Origin: Mobula birostris
Lineage: Eukaryota
Reading direction: 5' to 3'
DNA length: 64,000 bases
Assembly: GCF_030028105.1 (NCBI RefSeq)
Contig: NC_092380.1
Location: 70,243,717-70,307,716, forward strand
The notes under the pieces were generated by a model. That model had not been told where the DNA came from. It worked only from the letters and a program-made list of their open reading frames with translations, and searched no databases. Position 1 is the first letter of the stretch. The number at the start of each line of letters is the position of its first letter. The position numbers and the translations under genes were made by a program. Below, piece by piece: positions 51,445-64,000 of this stretch.

Positions 51445-53713
51445 TCCTTTCTTTCTCCTTCGGGAGGGCGAGGCGCTGCGCCTGAGCAGTACAGTATAGC
51501 TGAGGGTAGAGCTGAGGTATAGCTCGCGTTGTGCCACCATTTTCATCGCCGGCGGGACATCGATGAGCTTTCATTCCACGGGTCCAGAACACTTAAAACT
51601 CAGGATGCCGTGGGACGCTGTCTGCATTACTGCACATACACTAATGACTGCGCAGCTTCAGAAGACCGACCAGGTCAGAAAGAGCAACAACTCCTGATCA
51701 GCGCCCTCCTCATTGGAACACAGTATCTCCCATCGCTGCTCCACTCCCATCCGCTCCCTTTCTGTTCCCATTCCCTCCCCTCAGTTTCAACTCCGGCTTC
51801 CCCTCTACCTTATGATGTTATTTAATAATATATTGATTTTTTTCAGCAAACCTAGCAAATCAATTGGTGACGTAAGAGGCTGAGACAGGAATTAAAAAAT
51901 GGTAGATTTGTTTTTCTTGTCGTACGGGCTGAGGTACACTGAAAGCACTTGTCTTGCATACCGTCCATACGAATCAATTCATTACAACAGTGCAAGATGA
52001 AGCAAACCGGTGGAGGAGCTCTGCGTCTCACTTGGCATCTGTAAATGAAAGTAGACAGTCGGCGTTCCAGATCGAGACCTATCATCTGGACTGTCCATTT
52101 CCCTCAGCTGATGATGCCTGGTCTGCAGTATTCATCCAACTGGTTGTTTTTCACTGCAGATACCAGTTTAAATTTGAAGGCTCTTGTGCCTTCATATTTA
52201 AACTGAGCCCTGGAACCAGGGCCTGGGGGATTTGAAGGGGTGCACAGCAAGCATCACCGGATGAGTCGGATACCTTATTATTTCCAAGTCGCTGAATAGC
52301 AGATTAATGTCGTTTTACCGTAGTGTGCTTATTGGAGCTGTAGGTTGACACGTTCCTAGGGTCCTGATAGATGTCATGCTGGAGTATTGGAATAAGTGGA
52401 TAGTGGCAGTATTGGCGTAATTAATAAAACAACATGCTAGAAATAGTCATTAAGTCAAGCCTCATCGGTGGGAAGAGAAACAGATTTATCATTTAGGTTG
52501 AAGGCCCTTCTTCAATGACCCTAGTTTTACACTATGGAAGACCTCACCCACTCTCTCTGCAGCTTACCAACCATCTTTCCTTCCTGTTTCCAATGAAAGA
52601 TCAATATGAAGCATACTTTTGCTTCTCTTCCACAGATGTCACTTGACCTGTTGAGTATTTCCAGTGTTTTTTGTTTTTATTTTAGTTTTCCATTGTCTGC
52701 AATTTGGCTTTAATTAAGATTTTCAGAGATTGTAACTACATTGATTTTAATTTTCCCAAATTCCCTGGAATCAAGAAAAGTTCCATTGGGTTTGAGAAGC
52801 AAAAAAAAAATTCAACTCCTTATTTCCAAAAGGGAGAGAGATGCAAAGTCACAAACTCTGGGCTAGCTTAACATCTGACACAGGGAAGTTATTAAATGGA
52901 GAAGCTATTATTAAAATGTTCTAGCACATCCTTAGATAAATGCAGCAATTTTAAGAAAAATCAGCGTGTTTCTCTGAAGGGAAAATTATGTTCAACTAGT
53001 TCATTGATCTCTGGATAATGAGGAATTAGTTATTTTTATTTCTCTAGAGATACAGTGGGGAACAGGCCCTTCTGGCCCACTGAGCTATGCTGACCAGCAA
53101 TCCGCTGATTTAACCCCTCGCCTAATCACAGGACAATTTACAATGAACTATTAATCTACAACCTCTTTGGCTGTAGGAGGAAACTAGAACACCTAGAGGA
53201 AACCCATGTGCACTGGGGAAAAATATACAAACTTTCTTGCAGAGGACACCGGAATTGAACTCAGAACTCTGATGCCCCAATCTGTAATAGTGCCGCGCTA
53301 ACTGGAATGCGACTTGATATAAAATATTGTGCTTATACTTTCCAGGACACTTTTTAAGTGTTACTATTGAAAATAAAAGATAATGATGCATGTGGTTATA
53401 TTGACTTGGATGGAAGATCGGCTCACTAACAGGAAATTGGGTAGACTACGTAATTAGGTTATTTTTCTATTTGGCAAGATACAGAGAGAGGAGTGTTACA
53501 TGGATTTTTACTGAGGCCTCTGCTTTTCATATAACAGATGAAGGGACTAAAGGTGTAGTTGCTAAATTTGCTTTTGACACAATGAAGGGCACAAAAAAAA
53601 TTGTAAAGAAATCAAAAAGAGGCTATAAATTGATGCAGATAGATTGTGGTAATTATTAATCTGGCAAATGGAGCACAATGTTAAAATATTTAAATGTTAG
53701 TATGAAAAGAAGC

Positions 53714-54043
53714 TGTAGTGTTCTCGTGCAGTGTGTTGAAACTCTGACTAAACACCAAGTTAAACCGGAGCCGATGAAGACAGAGTCGAAGTAAGGTTAA
53801 CCATTTACTGTTCACTCTTCCACATTAACATCGTATAGTGAAAACTGTTGATAAAAAAAGTACAAACATATACAGCACCTGTTTCATTCTGGAGACCGCG
53901 CTCTCCTCTTTTAGCGAGTGTCTCCAGCTGCCCCGAGTACCGAGTGAGAGGGTCGTGTCAAACTGCCGCCGGGCCCGAGCCCACCCCACATTTGAAATTG
54001 AAAAGCCGGCACGCGTGCCGCCCCAACCACCACTTCCTTAACA
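53714..54043 (-). mobile_element. Probable solo LTR (330 bp)
   Basis: TGT...ACA termini; flanks GAAGC/GAAAC (5 bp, 1 mismatch); CpG-rich interior. Confidence 0.5.
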
Positions 54044-55877
54044 GAAACTGCATTAATATTTTTTACTTCAAATACATTCTTATGAACTTACGGCGTTGCT
54101 TTTATAATGTTTCTTTGTGGGTAGAAACGGAGCTCTTCACGATTATGCCGCACGCATGGCACCCACCTTCACACCTTCTCTAAACCGGAAGTTACACATA
54201 AGATGCGGCGAAACCGGAGGGGACATCATCACATGCCGCGATATACCATAGACAATGAATTTACCTTTGTAAAACTGTAACTTAATTATCAACCTTTAAC
54301 TTTAACTAGAAAATAGTCACAAACAAATCATTTAAAACATAGACCCAACAAAGTCAAATAAATGCCTTAAGGGCTACACAGAAGCATAATGAGAAATTGC
54401 AGAGCTGAGGGATAAATTACGAGATGTGCATGAATCCCAACCAGTTCGTATCCAGTTGCAGCAAATTCTGGAAAGCTTACAGAATATTATTGGTTATTAA
54501 TAGAGGAAATTGCATACCAAAGTAGGGAGGTTATGTTTTAGCTAGATGATGCTTTAGTCATCTGGAGTACTTGTACAGTACTGGTCTCCTTAGTTAAGGG
54601 AATATATTGATATATTGGGAGCAGTTCAAACAAAATTTACTAAACCGATACTGAAATAAGAGGGTTGAAGAAAGGTTAGGTAGCCTGACATAGTATCTGC
54701 TGACACTGACAAGAATGGGGGACTTGATTGAAAGAAAGAAAATCATGAGGGTAGTCATAGGATGAATAGAGATTTCCACATATGGAAGAATATAAACTAT
54801 TATATAAATATAAACACAGTTAAAAATAAATGGATGGCTAAGCAGAGCTTGTAGATGCTGGAAATGCCGCATTATTTTGCATCCCAGGCTGGGAATTCAC
54901 TACTCCCTCAAAGTTGCCAGCCTCCGGTGCCTCGTGATAAATTCTACTCTATTGCTGCAAATTTTACAAAATGAAATAATGGGGCCAACATTGTCTTTGA
55001 CCTCCACCATCAAACATTAGACAATGTCAGTGCTTGTCTCCATTTATCATTCATCTGCCCCAGTCTTTCAATTCCACCACTGCTTCCCTCCCTTACCTGG
55101 CACTACCTGCTTGTCATTTTACACCCCTCAGGTGCACCGATCACTTGGGAGTCCTTTCAGGCCACTCCCCTCACCCTCTCCATGCTGAATGTTGGTGTAG
55201 GTTTTCCACCAGAAACATAGATAATTTCCTTCCTTCCACTGATGCTGCCAAACATGCCGAATTCCTCCAGCAGACCGTATGTTGCTGCACATTCCAGCAT
55301 CCGCAGTCTCTTGTTCTTCCAATCTGCCAGTGGGTGTTCACATTGTTTTTGCAATTTAAATGTTTCTTAAAAATATGGCTTAAGTCTGGAATTAACAACA
55401 ATGTTGTATTTTAAGTATAACTGATGTAAACATGATTGGATCATTAACTTGTAAGGAAAATGCATGATCTATTAAAAGAAAACATGAGCATAGTTTATTT
55501 TAACAATTACCAGATACTTAAAAGGAGCAATGCAAGAAAACCTTTCCCTCCTGCTTCCCATGCATTTGAGCCCCCAGTGAGTTGTAGCTAGAGCTGGTAG
55601 TACATCAACAATGATTTGCTACTTCAAGGGCCTTTTACCAGAGACTTGCATTCATGTCATACATTCAGCATACCTCCCAAAGTACTTAACAAAGAAACGT
55701 TGACACTGCTTCACATAAAGTAATATTACATCAAACAAACAAGATTTAGGAGGCTTGAAACAGGTTAGAGTGGTGGAGATGTTTAGGGAAAGAATTTCAG
55801 ATCTCAAGCCTTACAACTCGGAGGCTCTGAGATCCACAGTTATGAAGTGCTTACTGAGGCCAGTAATGGCATGCAAT

Positions 55878-56635
55878 GCATTAACTACAGCCTCCCAGAT
55901 AAACTTGACCCACTTCAATTGACCTTACACTGCCAGAACCCATCTCTTTGGCCTTACATTCATCACTAGAGCATTTCAATGGTAAACACCTACTTTAGAC
56001 TATTACTTATTGATTACAACTCTTTCTTCTGTACTATAAATCCAAACTCACTAATCTCCAAACTCCAAGATCTGAGACACAACACCTTCCTTTACAACTG
56101 AAGCCTCAACTTCCTGACCAACAGACCACAAGTAGTAAGGATAAGCAGCAACACCTCTGTCATGATCATCCTCAACACTCGCACACCACAGCCCCCTACT
56201 GTATCCCCTGTACACTCATGATGTATTAACTCATGATGTATTAACTCATGATGTATTAACTACAGCATTAACTACAGCCTCCCAACTACAGCATTAACTA
56301 CAGCCTCCCAGATACATCTGATCCACTGCAATCGGCCTTACACTGCCAGAACCCATCTCTTTGGCCCTACATTCATCACTAGAGCATTTCAACGGTAAAC
56401 ACCTACTTTAGACTATTACTTACTGATTACAACTCTTTCTTCTATACTGTAATTCCAAACTCACTAATATCAAAATTCCAGCATCTGAGACAAAACACCT
56501 TCCTTTACAACTGAAGCCTCAACTTCCTGACCAACAGGCCACAAGTAGTAAAGATGGGCAGCAACACCTCTGTCACGATCATCCTCAACACTCGCACACC
56601 ACAGCCCCCTACTGTATTCCCTGTACACTCATGAT
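55878..56635 (+). repeat. About 345-bp local tandem duplication with a 68-bp repeat-filled junction
   Basis: Copies at 55878-56222 and 56291-56635; single copy in block B1 at about 9148-9492. Confidence 0.9.
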
Positions 56636-59600
56636 TATGTGGCCAGCTTATGCTCTAACTCCATCTCCTCCATTTATATACAGGCCTTGAACAACAATCC
56701 AGTAGCATGCACCACGGTCCGTTTGCGATCAGAACATCACAAGGTGAAAACAGGTGTGAACTCGTGTGCCTTCAGTGTTTACGATCTGTAGAGAGAGAAA
56801 TAGAATGATCTGATCCGCATGACAAGGACACTTACCTGAGGCAGACGCACCTGTTCAAGAATCTCCATCTGCTGCAAAACTTCCAGGAACCTATATTAGA
56901 TTGGGTTGTTTATCTGTCCCACCACAATGATATATGCCATCGCCTAATAGCTTCGGGCAAGTGACTAAAGAGGCAGAATAATCCTTTCACTTTGCCAGAG
57001 CATTCAGGTAGTCTACTCCAATCTCCATTAGATTTAGTCTTTTTTTTTTGGTGAGTTCTAATGTTGAAAACATTTCAAAAAAATGAGACTGCTCTTAAAG
57101 GGGAATTGGTGAAAAAGGGAGGAATACAGAGAGAGAGAGAGAGAGATAAATTGTTAAAAACAAAGCAAAAGATTGTCATAACGTTGGCAGTTCTTTTGGA
57201 TGTTTATGTAAGGAGCATAAGTTACGCGCTATGGGTAAAATGAACTGAATCACAGTATCGGTGACTATAATTTCAATGCAGTTCTATAGGCAAAAAGTAC
57301 ATAGTTTTTCTCTTTTTTTCAAGAAGGGGGGATGTAGTGGTAGTTAATAGTATTATTCCTATACCACTTCCACATGGGAGGAGTTCACATACTGTACAAG
57401 TTCCAATAACAATAAACTTCGGTTGAGTATCCTACAGACAGCATCCTGGTGAGCTCTGCACTATCCCTCAATAACAAACACAACAGGTCAGACAGCATCT
57501 GGAGTTTTGTGAGCAGTTTCTTGCCCCTTATTTAAATGGCCCTGAAAGAAGTTTGCACTGGGGAGAGTCCAAAGAATGCTCATGAGAATATCCTGGAAGT
57601 GAACGAAAGGATTAACGCCTGTGGAGCATTTGTTGACACTAGACCCATACTCATTGGTTTAAATGAATGAGGGGAGAATATTGAAAGTCCCAGATAGAGT
57701 GATGTGGATTGTATGTTTCATTAGAGTCATAGGACACTACAGCATAGAAACTGACTTGATGGGCCATAGGGTCTATGTCAAAATATTAATCTACCTAGTC
57801 CCATTGAAGGGTCCCTGGACCATAGCCCTCCATACCCATCATCCATGTACCTGTCCAAATTTCTTTTAGATGTTGAAATCAAACCCACATCCATGACTTG
57901 TGCTGGCAGCTCATTCCACACTCCTACCACCCTCTCTGTGAACAAGTTCCCCCTCATGTTCCCCTTAACATTTAACCTTTCACACTTAACACATGACCTC
58001 TAGTTGTAGTCTCACCTGACCTCAGTGGAAAAGGTATGCTTGCATTTACCTTATTTACACCTCTCATAATTTTCTGTACCTCTATAAAATCTCCCCTCAA
58101 TCTTCTACGTTCTAGGGAACAAAGTTCCAGCCTATTCAATCTTTCTGTATAACTCAGGTCCTCAAATCCTGGAACATCCTTGTAAATTTTCTCTACACTC
58201 TTTCAATCTTACTTACATCTTTTCTGTAGGCAGGTAATTAATACTGCACAGAATACTCCAAATCTGGTGTTTTAAACAATTTCAGAATAATATCCCAACT
58301 CCTGTACTCAAATACATTGATCTATGAAGGTAAATTTGCCAAAAGCTTTCTATATGACCCTATCTATTAAGGATCTGTATTCCCCAGATTCCTCAGTTCT
58401 ACAATACTCCTCAGTGCCCTACTGCTGACCGTGTAAAATCTACCCTGGCTAATCCTTCAAAAGTGATGTACCTCACACTATAGATGTACTGTGGAGAGCA
58501 TTCTGACAGGCTGCATCACTGTCTGGTATGGGGGCGGGGTCTACTGCACAGGACCGAAAGAAGCTGCAGAGGGTTGTAAATTTAGTTGGCTCCATCTTGG
58601 GTACTAGCCTACCAGGTACCCAGGACAGCAGTGTCTCAGAAAGGCAGCATCCATTATTAAGGACCTCCAGCACCCAGGGCATGCCCTTTTTCTCTCTGTT
58701 ACCATCAGGTAGGAGGTACAGAAGCCTAAAGGCACACATTCAATGATTCAGGATCATCTTCTTCCCCTCTGCCATCCAATGCCTAAATGGACATTGAACT
58801 CTTGAATGCTACCTCACTTTTCAAATCTATATTATTTCCGTTTTTTTGCATGATTTTTAATTGATTCAATATATGTATACTGTATTTTATTTATTATTCT
58901 TTTCTTCTTCGATATTATGTATTGCATTGAACTGCTACTACTAAATTAACAAATTTCACAACACATGCTGGTGATAATAAACCTGATTCCGATCCTGATT
59001 CTTGTTTGCGTTTAATTCCCTCTGCCACTTTTCAACCACCTTTCCAACTGGGCCAAACCCTGCTGCAAACTTTGATTGTTTTCCTCACTTCCCCAGTTTT
59101 GATGTCATCCACAAATTTGCTGATCTAGCTTACCATGTTATTATCCAGATCATTGATATAGATGTCAAACGACAGGGGGAGCAGCACCGATCTCTGCAAC
59201 ACACCACTAGTCACGGGCTTCCAGTCAAAGAGGCAACCATCTACTACCACCCTCTGACTTCCCCCATGAAGTTAATGTCTAATCTAATTTACTACCTTAT
59301 CTTGAATGCCAAATGACTGAACCTTGTTGCCCAATCTCCCATTTGGGAACTTGTCAAAGGCCCTGCTAAAGTCCATGTAGACAATATAAACTGACTTGAT
59401 TTCATCAACTTTCCTGGTAACTTTCTCGACAACCTTATAATTGGTTAAGCACAACATACCATACACAAAGTCATGTTGACTGTCCCAAATCAGTCCCTGT
59501 CTATCCAAATACTTATATATCCAGTCCCTTCAAATAACTTTACCACTACTGATGTCAGGCACACTGGCTTATAATTTCCTGGCTTATACTTAGAGCCTGT

Positions 59601-61374
59601 CCTAACAATGGAAAAGCATTAGCTTTTCAACAGTCCTCCGCCACCCAACTCATGGTAAGATGATTTCAATATCTCCGTTAAGGCCACTGTAGTTTCGGTG
59701 CTAGTCTCCCACAGGGTCGGAGGGAACACCTTGTCAGGCCTTGGGATTTATCCACCCAAATTTGCCTTACAGGGTCCATGACCTCACTATTGCTTTTCTT
59801 CACCTCTATTGACTCTCAGTCCATCTTCCAAGTAAATACAGATACAATAAAACCCATTTAAGATCTACTCTCTCTCTTTCAGCTCCACACATAGATTACA
59901 ACTCTGGTCATCCAGAGAACCAGTTTTGTCCATTGCTATCCTTTTGCTCTTAACATCTGTCCAAGTTCTCAGGAATCTCCTTCCCTTTATTTGCTAGAGC
60001 AACCATGCCTTTTCAGAGCCCTCTTGATTTCCTTCTTATGTATTGTCTTGCATTTCTTGTACTCAATTACCTCATTTGTTGTGGCCGTTCCTAACCTGCT
60101 ATACACCTCCTTTTTCTTAACCAGAACCTTAATATCTCTCAAAACAAGGTTCCCTAAATCTGTTATCCATGCTTTTTATTCTGAGAGGAGCATACAAACT
60201 ATATATTTTCAAAATTCACTTTTGAAAGCCTCCCACTTATCAAGTACACCTTTGCCAGGAAACTTATCCCAATCCACACTTGCAGATCCTTTCTGATACC
60301 ATCGAAATTGGCCTTTAGATGATACCATCAAAATTTTGAACCTCAACCTGAGGACCAGATCAATCCTTTTCTATAATTACAACTTAACTCCTTTCATGAC
60401 AAACCTCCAACATCACAACTTTTAAACAAAGTAAATCTCATTCAATTACTTATCAAAGTATTTGCAAAAATTATCAGTTCTTCCAGAAAATCAACTTCAG
60501 ATCCTTTGAATGAAAAATAAACATATACATTCAACCATTTTAAACACCCACATGTTTTGAAATATTTCATTCCTGTGCTGATTCTTCGATCTTGGGTGGT
60601 TTGCCATCTCGTTTCCTGGTTCGTTGGATGAAATAGTGGGTCATCCACAGGATGTTGATTCACAATACTTGCACTTGAAAAACCTGACCAAATCTCTTCG
60701 TATGATTTAACAGACCGAATTACTGTTTACACTGTGGATGCTACTCTCTACCGATATCACCTCGCTATAGTCGTAGCTTCAACAACTCTTTCATCGATGT
60801 CATCTCTCCTCCATGGGTTTCACACTGATGATTTCCCATACGTAGGGTAGAGACACTAACTACTAATTCCACTTTTAACAGTTTTTATCTTTAGTTATTT
60901 TCTATAGTTTGCTGCATTTCTGTCAGTTGTCCAAGCCTTGTTAGCAATGCCTAGTTATCGCATAGCCCTTTATTCAAGTTCTCTTTTTAAAACTGCAGTA
61001 AATCTTGTCCTCATCCCTCGACAGTTTTCTGACATTACATCTTTGGGCTTAATTAACCTGAGTTACACTTACGTTTCTTGCAGCAGCCTGTGATCTCTCT
61101 ACTAATTTGCTCCTCTGAATCCCACAGACTGTTGGGTGGTCTACAATATAATCCCATTAACTTGGTCATACATTTCTTCTTCCTCAGGTCTACCCATAAG
61201 CCTTCACTAGAAAAGCTATCCAGCCTGTCCTATATCCTGTACCCAGCAGTATTCTGGGTGACTGTGTCCAGAACGAATGATGCCACGAAGATGGGCACTT
61301 CCTGGATGCTAAACAGTAGGTACTGGAATTGTGGTGCCCATGGCTGATACGCCCCCAACCCCGCAGGATAGGAT

Positions 61375-61842
61375 GGCTCCTGCTATCTGGGGTACACATA
61401 CACCACCTCAACAGCCTGAATGAGCAGAAAGGTCTTGGATGATAGTCTTTCCCCTGTATGGTACGACCAGGCTGTCCCGGCAACTGATACGCATGGCTTC
61501 TCTCATGGAGACACTACCAATGGGACAGCCTCGGCATTCAAACATACAGAGGGTGCACTGAGCAAAGTGTCAGCTGAATTGATGGCTGTTCAGATGGTGG
61601 CCTTGCACTACCTATTTGCAGTGATAGGTGACAGCTGGGCTGTGATTGGTCAGAAATGCTGCACCTACATCCCCCATGAGTCTGGGAACATTACTCACCT
61701 GGCCGATCATATTCAGCAGTCAGTAAATAAGATCAGGAAAGTAGGGGTCCAGATTCATAACTACTACTCCCCAGTTGCAAGTTGGTGGTTTTTGGAGCAC
61801 TGGGAGTTTGGTGGACTATGTCACTGGGTAGTAACTGGTTGA
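61375..61842 (+). mobile_element. ERV env remnant, paralog in block B2
   Basis: Same sequence with QNRMAL deleted and the first Cys changed (WAVIGQKCC). Confidence 0.85.
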
Positions 61843-62685
61843 TTGTTAGATTTGGGTATTATTGTTATGTTTTGTGTGTAATAGCGAGGCGCCCATGAGG
61901 GTTATACAAGCCTTTGGGCCAAACATCAGTGTTGTGGCTTTCGATGGGTAGAATGTTGCAGTGTCTTACCTGTTTATTGAAAGCCGCTGGCCCATGTGGC
62001 TCGCTGGCGTAGAATGGAAGGAGAAACTGAGTTAGTGTTTCAAGCTGATGACTCTCCATCAACACTATAAAATGTTAATGGTAATAAAAAAAATGCAGAG
62101 GATGGAAGAGTAAAGGAAACAAAATGGAGGTTCTATGATAGGGAGAAGGCCAGAAGAGATTGAGTGGTACAATTATTGGCAGATTAACTTGACAGACTGC
62201 AGTAGTTTTGAGATACGAGAAGAGTGAAGCTATGGTAAGAGATATGGGAGTGTTCCTCTGGGGCCAAGGTGCAAAACACAGTACCAACAGTCATACACAG
62301 CACTGGAGGCAGCACACTACCACCGGCTGCAACAGGCAACACCACAGCATGAGGTCTAGTGCATGTTACAACTGAGGACGCACAGCTCCCCGTGTCTGTC
62401 CTGCCAATAAAGCAGTGAATCAGACTTGTAGCATTACACGTTACCAATATCCACCAGGGGCTTGCGATTATAAGAAAAATGACTGAGACAATCACTGGCT
62501 GTTAGACTGCACACTGCCTTCATGCACTGACCCCAATGCCTCTCTATAGCAGGCAGCAATATGATCACACCAAATCCAGCCCCTCTGCCAACATGCAACT
62601 TGCTGATGGGGTAGACTTGCAGTGTCTGAAGTTCCTAGTGTCCAGCAGTGCCTTGCAATCATTAAAAAAAAGTTAAAAAAGGCCT

Positions 62686-62818
62686 ACAACAGGAATTCTG
62701 CAGATGCTGGAAATTCAAGCAACACACATAAAAGTTGCTGGTGAACGCAGCAGGCCAGGCAGCATCTCTAGGAAGAGGTACAGTCGACGTTTCAGGCCGA
62801 GACCCTTCGTCAGGACTG
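62686..62818 (-). mobile_element. Penelope-derived short insertion private to block B2, about 16-bp TSD
   Basis: aagtt(t)aaaaaaggcct at 62670-62685 and 62819-62835; empty site at about 15643-15660. Confidence 0.8.
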
Positions 62819-64000
62819 AAGTTTAAAAAAGGCCTTGTGCATCTGCTGCATTCCAGTGCACTGCCATCTTACTGAAAACATGTCTTTATTACTTACTTAT
62901 GAAATGACCTTGTAAACCGAATATGTTTGTCAAATTGGATACAAATGCTAATATCAAACATTCAATCACAAATGCTAGATATAATTGTTAGGAGGCAGTC
63001 ACATTCATATACACAAATTAAAATTTCTAGAATTCGAATATATTTAATGAAAATATATTTTAAAAGACAATAAAAAATGACATACAATGTACACTCATGC
63101 TTTTATTGCCCCACCAGAAATTCATCCAAGATTTTCTCTTCCAGTTCTCCTGGTGCAGCCCTCATTTCCTATTCCCATATCTGAAGCCAGTTGTTAACTA
63201 GCATAAAATTTTCAGTGAATGGTGTACTTGTTCCTTTTCCCACCAAAATTTCCAAGTCCCAGATGGCCTACCAAATCCCACTGCATCATACTTATAGCAG
63301 TTTCCTTGATCTCTCTGTAAAAATGAGAGAACTTAAGCATAGATTATTCAGTTATACTGGGGCCACAGCTTTAGTTGATATGATTCTAAGCTTAGGCTAA
63401 CACATGAAAGTTCAGACATTTCACATACATACTTGTATAACAAGGCTCAATAATTTTGCTGCCCAAACTGACATAACAAATACATGTAAATCTTAAAAAT
63501 TATGTTAATATACAAAATTTATATATCATCTTCAAATGTGTTCACATGCAGAGAGTCCAAAATTTAATTACTGATGTCTAAAGCGCTTTAAAAAATTAAA
63601 ACACCTTTCAGTAAACAATACACATAATTCTTAGATGCAATCAAGCTTTCTGGTGTCACAATGCTGGATTGCAGAAATCCCCTTTCTGGTTTATAATATA
63701 AAGTCAGAAAAGGGGTTCTGCATACGACAGGGATTGTTACATCCTTGGTATTAAATGGTCTGTGGCTGCAATTCTAGTCCATTATACTGAATTCCAACGA
63801 CCTTAACATTAGTTCCAAAATGTTAAAACCTTGTAATAATGAAGGGCTGGAGATGCAAGCAGGCCAGGCAGTGTCTATGGAAAAGAGTAAACAATACATG
63901 TTTCTGGCTGAGACTTTTCATCAAGAGTGGGAAAGAAAAGAGATCCGAGTAAGACGGCTGGGGGAAGGGAAAAAGTACAAAGTGGTAGGTGATGGGTGAA

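Larger units (their letters stand above)
50723..64000 (+). repeat. Segmental duplication block B2, runs off the right edge
   Basis: Collinear with 6029-16857; the last bases match 16851-16857. Confidence 0.95.

Noticed and set aside
56214-56290. CRISPR-like short repeats (also 16803-17057)
   Set aside because: Head-to-tail repeats with no unique spacers, no cas genes and a vertebrate context.
61420-61842. Co-opted syncytin-like env gene
   Set aside because: Only part of the TM subunit is present, with no signal peptide or intact SU, the ISD deleted and one cysteine lost.

Overview
AT-rich vertebrate genomic DNA. The repeat content (CR1, Rex-Babar, L1, Penelope-derived elements) suggests a cartilaginous fish, probably a ray; this is inference. 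The window holds part of a tandem array of minus-strand, multi-exon immunoglobulin-superfamily genes resembling B7-H6/NCR3LG1. The most complete copy (copy 2) reads: signal-peptide exon (50666-50741), V-set (41438-41794), C1-set (39269-39567), transmembrane (37909-38025), then four to five further Ig-like exons AFTER the TM exon (33331-33754, 28755-29120, 20218-20282 remnant, ~18972-19190 degenerate, terminal 18039-18343 with stop and AATAAA). The complete junctions I could read are phase 1 and in frame, which predicts a type I membrane protein with a cytoplasmic Ig array. In this sequence copy 2 is a pseudogene (stops, frameshifts, a Gypsy insertion). Copy 1 (2027-6047) has lost about 21.4 kb by a microhomology deletion just after its start codon. 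Homology at the right edge predicts a third copy just outside the window. The rest is transposon-derived: a twin-primed L1, a Gmr1-like Gypsy with a nested near-intact CR1, Rex-Babar LINEs, Penelope-like pieces, a Tigger derivative, a solo LTR and decayed ERV env. No rRNA, tRNA or CRISPR features were seen. All alignments and translations were done by eye, and family assignments rest on remembered motifs, not database searches.
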